Source of the DNA: the human T2T-CHM13v2.0 reference genome, Homo sapiens
Reading direction: 5' to 3' (one strand)
Assembly (NCBI RefSeq): GCF_009914755.1
Contig: NC_060948.1
DNA: 64,000 bases
Position 1 is the first letter of the stretch, and each line of letters begins with the position of its first letter. The notes beneath the pieces were generated by a model that saw only the letters and a program-made list of their open reading frames with translations, was not told the origin of the DNA and searched no databases. The position numbers and the translations under genes are program-made. Positions 13,948-31,649 of the stretch are shown in pieces.

Positions 13948-14451
13948 CCCTTTTATTCTTTTTTTAAAAAGTGCAGCCCACTGCCAGTGTGCATGTAATT
14001 TTAAATAAGCATACTCTTTGAGGCTGAAGCAAATCTGACAGATTTTCAATGTGAAAATAAAATATAAAAACTGTTCTTGGAGTTATTTATCAAGCAAACT
14101 AACATCAGAATAGTCTGAATCATTAGAATCATCTATTTGAGAAAAATAGGATTCACCAAATGAGCCTTTGTCTAACAACTGTTGGAGAATGATGTTAATA
14201 TCACATATAGTAATGCTACATTTTCTAGGATTTGACACTTTCAGTTGTTGAGAATCACTGTATTTTGTAAATGGAAATATGACTACTACAAACAGAATGC
14301 TATAAATAGAACTATGTCTTTTGTTTCCAAAGTCAATACACTAGGGTGATGCAAAAGTAATAATAAAAGCAAGATATTTCATGGCAAAGTTATCTCAGGA
14401 TAAATGCTACAACAGCAAGTGCCACCAGCAAGTATTATCAGCAGAAAAGGG
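13948..14451 (-). mobile_element. MER75 piggyBac non-autonomous transposon, copy 1
   Basis: ccctttt.../...aaaaggg termini; matches recalled MER75 internal sequence (ctttgaggctgaagcaaatctgac, gtcttttgtttccaaagtc, gagatatttc.tggcaaagttatctc). Confidence 0.85.
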
Positions 14452-14661
14452 TTTAAGGACAGAATATTCTTTGAACAATCACAATTCAGTCACAACAAAA
14501 CTTCCCACAAGACAACCTGGGAATTATTTTATAGCTCTTTTGGCTGTGGGTGACTCTTCTTCAATTGGTGGATTTTTGTCCTCTTTTGTGGAGAATACCA
14601 TGCAGATACCTACACTGGCTGATGCCATCCAAGGTCAATCTTCATGCCTACAATTTTATGC

Positions 14662-14767
14662 CACTTGAACCCAGGAGGCAGAGTTTGCAGTGGGCTAAGT
14701 TTGCCACATTGCACTCCAGCCTGGGCAACAAGACGGAAACTCTGTCTAAAAAACAAACAAAAAAAAA
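14662..14767 (+). mobile_element. Alu right-arm 3' fragment
   Basis: cacttgaacccaggaggcag...actctgtct plus A tail. Confidence 0.88.
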
Positions 14768-15072
14768 ACTGGGCATGGTGGCTCACACCTGTAATTCCAG
14801 CATTTTAGGAGGCAGAGGCGGGCAGATCACAAGGTCAGGAGATCAAGACAATCCTAGCTAACATGGTGAAACCCCATCTCCACTAAACATACAAAAAAGT
14901 AGCTGGGTGTGGAGGCAGGCACCTGTAGACCCAGCTATTCAGGAGGCTGAAGCAGGAGAATGGCATGAACCTGGGAGGCAGAGCTTTCAGTGAGCTGAGA
15001 TCACACCACTGCACTCCAGCCTGGGAGACAGAGTGAGACTCCATCTCAAAATAATAATAATAAAATAAAAAC
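14768..15072 (+). mobile_element. AluY/Sc, abutting the tail of the preceding Alu fragment
   Basis: Full dimer; gagaatggcatgaacc diagnostic; (AAT)n tail. Confidence 0.93.
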
Positions 15073-16295
15073 AGCAATAGATTGGATTTGGTACTATTTT
15101 GAATGATTAAAAATTATATGTAATTGTAAAAAAATTAAAAACCCATGTAAATTAAAGCACATAAAAATATCACATTATAAATAAATTTTTCATATTTCTA
15201 AAAGTTGGGTTTTGCTTAAGTATCTAAATATCTAATAAAAAGTAAGAGATCATAAAATTATAATTAATAAATACTAAATTTTGAGAGTGGAGCCAAGATG
15301 GCTGAATAGGAACAGCTCCAGTCTACAGCTCCCAGTGCGAGCAATGCAGAAGACTGGTGATTTCTGCATTTCCAACTGAGGCACCTGGTTCATCTCACTG
15401 GGGAGCATCATAAAGTGGGTGCAGGACACCGAGCATGAGCAGAAGCAGGGCAAGGCCTCATCTCACCTGGAAAGCACATGGGGTCAGGGAATACCCTTTC
15501 CTAGTCAAAGAAAGGGGTGATGGACAGCACCTAGAAAATCACATCACTCCCACCCTAATACTGCATTTTTCCAACAGCCTTAGCAAATGACACACCAGGA
15601 GATTATATCCCACACATGGCTCAGAGGGTCCTATGCCCACGGAGCCTCACTCATTGCTAGCACAGCAGTCTGAGATCAAACTGCAAGGCAGCAGCAAGGC
15701 TGGGGGAGGGACGCCTGCCATTGCTGAGGCTTGAGTAGGTAAACAAAGAAGCCAGGAAGCTCGAACTGGATGGAGCCCACTGCAGCTGAAGGAGGCCTGC
15801 CTGTCTCTGTAGACTCCATTTCTGGGGGCACAGCTTAGCCAAACAAAAGGTAGCAGAATCCACTGCAGACTTAAATATCCCTATCTGACAGGTTTTAAGA
15901 GAGTAGTAGTTCTCCCAACACATAGCTGGAGATCTGAGAACGGACAGACTGCCTCCTCAAGTAGGTGGCTGACCCCCGAGTAGCCTAACTGGGAGGCACC
16001 CCCAAGCAGGGGCAGACTGACACTTCAAACAGCAGGGTACTCCTCTGAGACAAAACTTCCAGAGGAACAATCAGACAGCAACATTTGCTGCTCACCATCA
16101 TCTGCTGTTCCACAGCCTCCACTGCTGATACCCAGGCAAACAGGGTCTGGAGTAGACCTCCAACAAACACCAACAGACCTGCAGCTGAGGGTCCTGACTG
16201 TTATAAGGAAAACTAACAAACAGAAAGACATCCACATCAAAACCCCATCTGTCTGTCACCATCATCAAAGACCAAAGGTAGATAAAACCACAAAG

Positions 16296-17313
16296 ATGGG
16301 GGAAAAAAACAGAGCAGAAAAACTGGAAACTCTAAAAATCAGAGCAACTCTCCTCCTCCAAAGGAATGCAGCTCCTCACCAGCAAAGGAACAAAGCTGGA
16401 TGGAGAATTACTTAGACAAGTTGAGAGAAGAAGGCTTCAGACAATCAAACTACTCCAAGCTAAAGGAAGAACTTCAAACCCATGGCAAAGAAGTTAAAAA
16501 CCTTGAAAAACACATTAGACAAAGGGCTAACAAGAATAACCAATGCAGAGAAGTCCTTAAAGGACCTGAAGGAGCTGAAAACCAAGGCACAAGAACTACA
16601 TGACGAATGCACAAGCCTCAGTAGCTGATTTGATCAACTGGAAGAAAGGGTATCATTGATGGAAGATCAAATGAATGAAATAAAGCAAGAAGAGAAGTTT
16701 AGAGAAAAAAGAATAAAAATAAAGGAATAAAGCCTCCCAGAAATATGGGACTATGTGAAAAGACCAAATCTATGTCTGACTGGTGTACCTGAAAGTGACT
16801 AGGAGAATGGAACCAAGTTGGAAAACACTCTGCAGGATATTATCCAGGAGAACTTCCCCAATCTAGCAAGGCAGGCCAACATTCAAATTCAGGAAATACA
16901 GAGAATGCCACAAAGATACTGCTCGAGAAGAGCAATACCAAGACACGTAATTGTCAGATTCACTAAATTGAAATGAAGGAAAAAATGGCAAGGCAGCCAG
17001 AGAGAAAGGTCGGGTTACCCACAAAGGGAAGGTCATAACACTAACAGCTGGTCTCTCAGCAGTAATTCAACAAGCCAGAAGAGAGTGGGGGCCAATATTC
17101 AACATTCTTAAAAAAAAGAATTTTCAACCCAGAATTTCATATCCAGCCAAACTAAGCTTCATAAGTGAAGGAGAAATAACATCCTTTACAGACAAGCAAA
17201 TGCTGAGAGATTTTGTCATCACCAGGCCTGCTATAAAGGAGTTCCTGAAGAAAGCACTGATCATGCAAAGGAACAACCGGTACCAGCCACTGCAAAAATA
17301 CACCAAATTGTAA
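16296..17313 (+). pseudogene. Disrupted L1 ORF1p
   Basis: ATG GGG GAA start context and TAA at 17311; frameshifts and stops; fragment MENYLDKLREEGFR in ORF track. Confidence 0.9.
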
Positions 17314-17376
17314 AGACTATTGAGGCTAGGAGGAAACTGCATCCACTAATGTGCAAAATAATCAGCTAACATCATA

Positions 17377-21156
<3,780 letters not shown>

Positions 21157-21378
21157 TCAATGAGAACACATGGACACAGGAAGGGGAACATCACACACCC
21201 GGTCCTGTTGTGGGGTCGGGGGAGGGGAAAGAGATAGCATTAGGAGATATACCTAATGTTAAATGATGAGTTAATGGGTGCAGCACACCAAGATGGCACA
21301 TGTATACATATGTAACTAACCTGCACATTGTGCACGTGTACCCTAAAACTTAAAGTATAATTTAAAAAAAAGAAAAAA

Positions 21379-22245
21379 TCAAACAACCTCATCAAAAAGT
21401 GGGTGAAGGATATGAACAGACACTTCTCAAAAGAAGACATTTATGCAGCCAACAGACGAATGAAAGAATGCGCATCATCAATGGCCATCAGAGAAATGCA
21501 AATCAGAACCACAATGAGATACCATCTTACACCAGTTAGAATGGCAATCATTAAAAAGTCAGGAAACAACAGGTGCTGGAGAGGATGTGGAGAAATAGGG
21601 ACACTTTTACACTGTTGGTGGGACTGTAAACTAGTACAACCATTGCGGAAGACAGTGTGGCGATACCTCAAGGATCTAGAACTAGAAATACCATTTGACC
21701 CAGCAATCCCATTACTGGGTATATACCCAAATGATTATAAATCATGCTGCTATAAGGACACATTCACACGTATGTTTATTGCGGCACTATTCACAAGAGC
21801 AAAGTCTTGGAACCAACCCAAATGTCCATCAACGATAGACTGGATTAAGCAAATGGGGCACATATACACCATGGAACACTATGCAGCCATGAGAAAGGAT
21901 GAGTGCATGTCCTTTCTAGGGACATGGATGAAGCTGGAAACCATCATTCTGAGCAAACTATCACAAGGACAGAAAACCAAACACCGCATGTTCTCACTCA
22001 CAGGTGGGAATTGAACAATCAAAACACTTGGACACAGGGTGGGGAACATCACACACCAGGGCTTCTTGTAGGGTCAGGGGAGGAGGGAGAGCATTAGGAG
22101 ATATACCTAATGTAAATGAGGAGTTAATGGGTGCAGCACACCAACATGGCACATATATACATATGTAACAAACCTGCACATTGTGCACTTGTACCCTAGA
22201 AGTTAAAGTATAATTAAAAAAAAAGAAAAAATAAATAAATAAATA
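21379..22245 (+). mobile_element. Second L1PA (L1PA5-like) 3' end fused to the tail of the full-length L1
   Basis: Repeats the last ~850 bp of L1; open 203-aa ORF2 C-terminal frame (21403-22014); own 3'UTR. Confidence 0.95.
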
Positions 22246-22702
22246 AAAACTGAATTTTATGAAGTTATTTAAATAAAATTGGAGCTTTCAAATTATGTTT
22301 TATACATGAACTTTAGTCTAAAATTTAATATTTTAACATTCACTTGGTAGCTAAAATGAGGAATTATGATCACAATTTCTATGTAATATCCATGTAATAT
22401 ATAGAACTCCATATATATGTATATGGAACACAGGTATACATGTACACATATATGTGTATACGTGTTCTATATATTTCTATTTTTCACATATATAGAACAC
22501 ATATCTATATTTCTGAACATATTATACACAAATATCCATCTATGTTTATACCTGCAATATAATTTTTTAATATTGCAACATGTTTCTCAGTGACCTTGTG
22601 CAGCTTTTTGGAGACAACATGCTAATTTGTGAGTACATCTAGAACCACAATATAGAAAACAAAGAGAAGCAAGTAAAATTTACTGGGTGGTGCTGGGAAA
22701 TA

Positions 22703-22717
22703 TTTTGTTTTGTTTTG

Positions 22718-22748
<31 letters not shown>

Positions 22749-23030
22749 GAGGTGGAATCTTGCTCTGTCACCCAGGCTGGAGTGCAGTGGGTGCAATCTT
22801 GGCTTACTGCAACCTCCACATCCCGAGTTTAAGTGATTCTCTTGCTTAGCCTCCCAAGTAGCTGGGATTACAGGTGTGCACCACCACTCCTGGCTAATTT
22901 TTGTATTTTTGGTAGACACAAAGTTTCATCATGTTGTCCAGTCTAGTCTCAAACTCCTGACTTCAAGTGATCTGCCTGCTTTGGCCTCCCAACGTACTGG
23001 GATTATAGACATGAACCACTGCACCTGGCT
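22703..23030 (-). mobile_element. AluS with (TTTTG)8 pentanucleotide tail
   Basis: Full dimer; tail 22703-22742. Confidence 0.93.
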
Positions 23031-23704
23031 TGAAATAATACTTTTTATTCAACCATCCCCTGCATATGAGGTTTCTAGGTTTTTCTAGAAAGTGAGTGAT
23101 TGCTTAACAGTCTAGGTGGTCAAACCTAGGATATTATGTGGATGCTTATATAAATATTTATAATGTAACTACTTTTCAAGAGAAATGTCATTCTTAGCCA
23201 GAGCTTACATTATAGAATTCTATTCTGCATTTTCACTCTGAGATCAAGTGTTTGACAAATAAGCACTTTTTTTTTTTTTGCCATTCACCTAAACATCTCT
23301 GCAACTCAGATCTTTCCACATACCAAAGCAGTAAAGCAATGTCCATCTCAGAAATGCCTAAGATAAAACACACAGATCTTAGGAGCATTGAAACAAGTCA
23401 CCTCTGGTTTCAGGAACGTTTGTTGGTCAAGACTTGGAAACGTTTTTGGAGACATGAAAGGTGTTAGTCATGAGAACATATGCTCAGGGCTGCAGTTACA
23501 CGATATTTGAGTTGAGCCCTGGCTCCCAAGTGACAGATTCCTGTTGTCCATCATTAATCCCATATGCATTTAATTGTTGACTTGTGTTTGTGATTCACAG
23601 TGTGTTCTAAGGCATGGGCCCTGGGTTAGGGACATTTTCTGTGCAGGTGTATGAACCATATTGCATTATGGGTTTTGGGATTTAGAAGCATAAACCATAG
23701 TTTA

Positions 23705-23835
23705 AAATATTCTTTTAAAAAATGTATTGATATATAATATTTGTACACATTTATGAGATAAGTGTCATATTTTGTTACATGCATAGAATTGTGTTAATGA
23801 TTAAGTCAAGATATTTAGAATATCTTTAAGCTCTG
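23705..23835 (-). mobile_element. L1MA 3' tip
   Basis: attgatatataatatttgtacacatttatg...ttttgttacatgcatagaat. Confidence 0.65.
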
Positions 23836-23838
23836 TAA

Positions 23839-24165
<327 letters not shown>

Positions 24166-24429
24166 TCATTTTTAAAAATAGTATCTAAAATAAGGTAGGC
24201 TTTCCCTCTTAGAATTGCTCTGAGAAATAAGATAAGTACACCTTCCTAGTCTCTGAGGAATAAAAGATGACTTCACAGGAAAGATGTGACTTCAACTAAA
24301 TCTTAGAGATTAAGATTATCAGGGTTTGAAGCAAAGAAAATAGCACAAAGGAAACAGTGAGAAAAGTAGAACTTTAAATTCTGCAATGACTTTTAAGGAA
24401 ATATCCTAAAATGTGGAGAGGTATTTCTT

Positions 24430-24535
24430 GGCTAATTTGAGCACAGGGTCTCATACGCAGTTCCTGACATCTAGTAAGCATTCAGTGAATGCTTCCTACA
24501 ATCAGTTATTCAATCAATCAGTCAATCAATGCTTG
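24430..24535. mobile_element. L2 3' end fragment
   Basis: cctgacatctagtaagcattcagtgaatgctt followed by degenerate tcaa repeats. Confidence 0.55.
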
Positions 24536-24744
24536 AATAGATAACAGGCTTCAATTTAATCTCCCCAGTAAACCTGTGGTCATATGAGCAACTGAAGGAG
24601 GGAAATATGTTCACATGCATATTTTAGGTGTCCAATTTTGGTTTAGGGGTCTGGAAAGAGATTGCATTTAATGAAAGCTCTTTTTCAGTGTTTGGGAGCT
24701 GGAGAGGAAAGAGCAAATAGTAAGGAGATTTAGGGACATCTAAT

Positions 24745-25430
24745 ATCCTAGTACTTCCATTACGAAGAACCAGAAATTGGGAAGTTTAAAACAGCAGAAA
24801 TGTGTGGTCTTGCAATTCTGGAAGCCACAATTCCAAAATTCTGGGGAGAGGTCCATTTCTGGATTTAGCATTCAGCAGCACAAAATAAGAAAGATGGTAA
24901 AGATTAACATATATTGGGAATAATGTTGCTTGTGCAGGCAACAATGGTATAAGTTGCCAGCAGTTCTTTATTTAATGGTACAAGTTGCCTTAGACATGCA
25001 AGAATAAAAGGAAATTACCATGCCCCATTGGGAAGATGAAATCCGTTGACTTCCAATTTTATAAAAAGATGTTGCCAGGGTTGGTTCCATCTGGAGGTTC
25101 TGAGGAAGGAATCCTTCTTAGATTCCCTCCTAGCTTTGTGGTAGCCAGCAATCTGTGGCATTCCCTGCCTTGAGTGTGGGTCACTCCAATCTCTAACTCT
25201 TCATCACGTGGTGTTATGTCTATGGATCTCTGTTTTCACATTGCAGTCTACTCACTGGAACATTGGTCATATTGGATTTAAAATCTACCCTATTCCAATA
25301 TGACCTCATCCTAAACTAATTGCATCTGTAATGACCCTATTTTCAAATAAGGTCACATATTGAAGTACTAGGAGTCAGTACTTCAACATATTTTGGTAAG
25401 TGGGGAATACAATTTGATCCTTGAAAAGGA
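24745..25430 (-). mobile_element. MLT1 (MaLR) LTR, interrupted at ~24841-25065 by non-MLT sequence
   Basis: ttaaaacagcagaaat...ttctggaagcc..ttccaaaatt, resuming at aagatgttgccagggttggttcc; tgacctcatcctaaactaattgcatctg. Confidence 0.8.
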
Positions 25431-25774
25431 GGATACAATCCACATATCTTGGTAAATAACATGGCATGAAAAATGTCAATTTGTGGAAAATTATAAATAG
25501 TGCCCAGGTCTCTAAGTGGCCATGTAGATGAATTCGATATTAATGGAAATAGAGATCATCAGAGAAACCATATGTGTGGCATCCACTGGGTTTAGGAAGC
25601 CTAGAATCCTTTAAGAACCATTAGCAACAGGGAGTTGAACTTAGAAGATGCCAAAGCTCTTTGTGATCCACTTAATATAATTGTCTTATTTCTTCAATCA
25701 AGCAATTATTGCACTGTGCAAGTGCACAAAGAGAAAATGGTGTTACCTTATGTACTAATATGAAAAAGTGTCCA

Positions 25775-25960
25775 AGATTTATTGATGTATGACAAATGTA
25801 TGGTACATAATACATTATACATAAAGTGCATTGTACATTCAAATGCAATGTACACAATGGATTGTGCATACAAGACATTCTACATACAAATGCATTGTAC
25901 ATCATGCATTGTACATACATACAATGATACATATGGTACATTCACATATATGCAAAATAA
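25775..25960. repeat. Degenerate AT-rich minisatellite-like tract (tgcattgtacatac-type units)
   Basis: Repeated tgcattgtacat / tgcaatgtacac / tacatacaa words. Confidence 0.6.
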
Positions 25961-27894
25961 TAATGTAAGTGGAATATGAATATATACTTTTGTTTTATAT
26001 TTATACAATATCTTGGTGTGGGAAAAATAGGTGTTGGAAACTTTGACAGGAGAAGTGGGAGGAGTACTGAATATCATTTTGAGCCTCAGAACTTGGTACT
26101 GTTTTATAGCTTTCATTATGTTTAATTAACAGTTGGCTTGAAATAACTATTGACCCTGTATGTGTTTTGTTGAAATACTACTGAATCATCACCCTGAGGC
26201 TATGTGCATGTCGTTGCACCATGATTTGTAGAAAGAAGCTGAGATTGAATAATTCTGTGGCTGCATGAGTGGAGAACACCTTCCCTATCCTGACATACAC
26301 TCTTTAAGCCTGTGAAGCTCACTTAAAGTCTAAACTTACAGCACCATAATGTCTCAAATAAAAGGTGAAGTAACAGGTGCATTTTTGGATTTAGAATCCA
26401 GCAGTGAAAAGTAATGAAAACAGTAAAGATAAAAATACATTAAAATGTAATATTGCTTGTGCATGCAACAACATGCAAGTTGCCAGTAGTTCTTTCCTAA
26501 CTTCTTTATTTAATGATCCAAGTTGTCCTGGATATGCAAGAGGGGAAGGAGATAACCATGACCCTTTGGGAAGCAGAGATCCCATGCCTTACACTTGTAC
26601 ATTACACTGGTTTACAGCCAGGACTGTCTGTGTCATACTGGGCTTTGAACAAATCATTTATCTCTGAAGTTCCTCCCTTTGCACAGGTCCATCATTGGAT
26701 GGAGTAAGTTTTACCACACAGCCAAGGCTCTGCTGTCTTGCCTCCCTCTGTCTTCCCTCTGGAAGACCACTTTATGTTAAATGAAATGGAAGATATTTGC
26801 TAAATTCCCAAGCAAATGTACAGTTGAAATGTGAAGGTGAAAGCAGCAAAATAGGACTTTAAATATGAACTCTGCACCTTCACTCTCATGAGTGGAGAGA
26901 AGGATGGGAGAAATAATTTGAATTCAGGTTGGTGAATTGGTGCTACATTAAATTATAATTCTGTAAAATGCCTACATTTTAAAACACTGTTGACTTCAGT
27001 AATGTTCTTCCACCATCAGAGACTTATGTTCCTAAAGTTAGGGTTTCTCACTGTGATTTTAATATTAATGTGTACTTAAAATATGCAGTTTTACATAGTA
27101 GGAAAATAAGGCACATTAAAGATTTATACCATATTAATAGGATCATAGCCAAATTCCCCCACTCACTCATTGATATGAATTACAGCTTCACGTGAAGTTT
27201 CAGAGTTATACACAATATGAACTGAACTACTTCAAAATGGTGACTGTTACTCCAATTGGAAGGCAAAGGGGTGAGAGGACATTGCAAAGATGTAAAAAAA
27301 AAAAAAAGTAGGGTACATTTCAAATCCAAGTGAAAATTAAGGTTATACATGTTAACAAGTTTCCATTGGAATTTAGAGATAACTCCTTGGCTCTCCAAAA
27401 CACAAATTAGATAAATTGCCAGTTCTCCTGGCATTCATATCATGATCTAGTTTGTAAGTCATCATTTTAAATCCATTTTGACCCTGTTTTATTGCTTTCA
27501 TTAAATAAATCTCAAAATTAATCCAAAAGGCAAACTAATAAAACAAACTCACATAAACCAACATGCAGAATAAACAAGTGTGAGTAGATTTATTCTCTTA
27601 TCTTCACATTTGTATGTGTTTTGTGATTGCTGTAGTTAATATTAATTCATTTAAGCCCCCTTAGTTTTCAGTCCTGGTCTTCCATTTCCTTCATATTCAA
27701 AGGCAGCTACTTTGGTGAGATTGGTATTCATCATTCCCATTGTCATCTCTTTATAATTTTAATTAAAAAATGTATATCAATTTGTACACTGTTACAATTA
27801 GCTCTATAAGGATTTGTTTATTTAATGTTTTTCAAGCTCTAACCACATTGATGAGTATTTTAAGAAGCCATTAATTGGTAAGATTATTATGTCC

Positions 27895-28190
27895 GGCCAG
27901 GTAGCATTGCTCACATCTGTAGCCTCAGTACTTTGGGAGGCTACTTTGGGAGGATCGCTTGAGCCCAGGAGTTTGAGACCAGCCAGGGCAGCATAACAAG
28001 ATCCTCCCTCTACAATTAATCAAAAAAAATTATCTGGGCATGGTGGCACAAGCCTGTGCTCCCAACCACATGAGAGGCTGAGGTGGGAGGACTGTTTGAA
28101 TCCAGGAGGTTGAGACTACAGTGAGCTATGATTGCACCGTTGTACTCCAGTCTGAGTGACACAGTGATACCATGTTTCAAAAACAAAAAT
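27895..28190 (+). mobile_element. AluJ-like
   Basis: Full dimer; 14-bp TSD aagattattatgtc (27880-27893 / 28243-28256). Confidence 0.92.
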
Positions 28191-28242
28191 AGTTAAAGAT
28201 TCCCACCAAAAATAATTTAGAAATGATAATTTTAAAAATTAA

Positions 28243-28487
<245 letters not shown>

Positions 28488-28504
28488 AAGACTGGTCACC
28501 ATAT

Positions 28505-29138
<634 letters not shown>

Positions 29139-29369
29139 TTGATCTACATGTCTTCTTATGCATAGGGTAGAAACACCTCTAAGGAGGGAAGCTAGAGGTC
29201 CAACTTCTGAGCCAGAGCATATAAGTCATTGTTTTTCAACTTTAGTAAATAATCGTATATATCTCTCCCTATTGCTTGTAGCAATGGTTATTTCAAAAAA
29301 AAAACAAAAAACAAAAAAAGGACGGAATCACTATTCTCATGTAATCTTACACTTCACAGAGTTAGACTT

Positions 29370-30320
29370 TACCTTTTTTTATTTCTTTATATACACATTT
29401 TTTAAATTTACAAATAACTATTTATTTATAATGTACAAAATGATATGTTGATATATGAATGCATTCTGAAATGGCTGAATCAAGCTTTTTAACACATCAG
29501 ACATCTCACCTACTTATCATTTTGTTGTAGCAAGAACTTTGTGTTTTGTTTTGTTTTTGAGACAGGGTCTTGCTCTGTCCTCCAGGCTGGAGTGCAGTGG
29601 CATCCTCATAACTTGCTGCAGCCTTGACCTCCAGGGTTCAAGTGATTCTTCCACCTCAGTCTCCTGAGTAGCTGGGAATGCAGGCATACACAACCACACG
29701 TGGATAATTTTGTTTATTTTTGGTAGAGTTATTGTCTTCCTATGTTTCCCAGGTTGAATTCAAGATTCTGAGCTCAAGCAATACTCTCACTTCATCTTCC
29801 CAAGAGGCATGAGCTATCATGACCATCGTGAGAACATTTAAAAATCTATTATTTTAGCAATTTTATGGTAGACGATACATTGTTATTAACTATAATCACC
29901 GTGAGTACAATAGAGCTCTTGAAATTATTCCTCTCATTTAACTAAAGTTTTGTGTCTTTTGACCAACCACTATTCTACTCTCTGCTTCTGAGTTCAACTG
30001 TTTTAGATTTCACATATAAGTGAGAACATGCAGTATTTATCTCTCTGTGCCTGGCTTATTTCACTTAGCATAACGTCCTCCAGGATCATCCATGTTGTAG
30101 TGAATGACAGAATTTCATTTATTAAGGCAGAATAGTATTCCATTGTGTTTAGGTACCACTTTTTCTTTTCCATTCCTCTATTGATAGACACTTAGTTTGA
30201 TTATCCTTCTTATCTATTGTAGACAGTGTTGTGATGCATATGGGAGTGTTGATTGAAATTCCTTTCGATGTATACTGAGTAGTGAGATTGAAGGATCATA
30301 TGGTAGTCCTATTTTTAAAG
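29370..30320 (-). mobile_element. L1MA-type 3' fragment containing an AluJ
   Basis: ttagatttcacatataagtgagaacatgcagtattt...tggcttatttcacttagcataa. Confidence 0.82.
29540..29825 (-). mobile_element. AluJ-like nested in L1MA
   Basis: gagacagggtcttgctctgtc...; (TTTTG) tail. Confidence 0.88.
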
Positions 30321-30586
30321 ACTTTACATTTTGTTAATTATATGTATGTAATTATAGTATGTCTTTCTTTCATTAGAGAGATGCACAACATCTTTCCATA
30401 TGTTTATTGGATGTTTCAATGTCCTGTTAAGTAATTTGCTTATTCTCATTTATGTCCTATTATCATTTTGTCTAATGTTTTAAATTCTCTTTTAAAAACT
30501 ATTTACATATCACTGGTTTTATTCTTTTGCCTTTTATATCCATTGTAAATTTATTTGCACATTTCTTGTTTTCCAGATGTGTTTAG

Positions 30587-31230
<644 letters not shown>

Positions 31231-31649
31231 ACCACAAGATTTTATTTCAAAATCCATTTTGCCATTCTTTACTTTAAGATTTGCACATTTTATCTTCTAT
31301 TATAAAAATTATTCAAGTCATACATTAAAATTTTTTTTCAAGTTTTAGTTACTTAATGTATATTTACTTTATTGTGGTATCACATTTGAGTAGCTGTTTT
31401 GTTTTCCATATGGAAACCAATTTCCCCACATTTATGGAAATTGCATAATTTCATCTTTTATTTATAACACCATGTCTCTATAATGCATATGCATATATCT
31501 CAATGACAGTCTGTGTATGCATCTCATTCTACGCTCTCAAATTTTTAATTATCTTTATATTCTTAAAATAATTTGCACTGTATCAATTTGCTAGAGCTTC
31601 ATAATAAATTTATTTATGATTACCTAGTCTAGTCCAAAGAAAAATTTGC

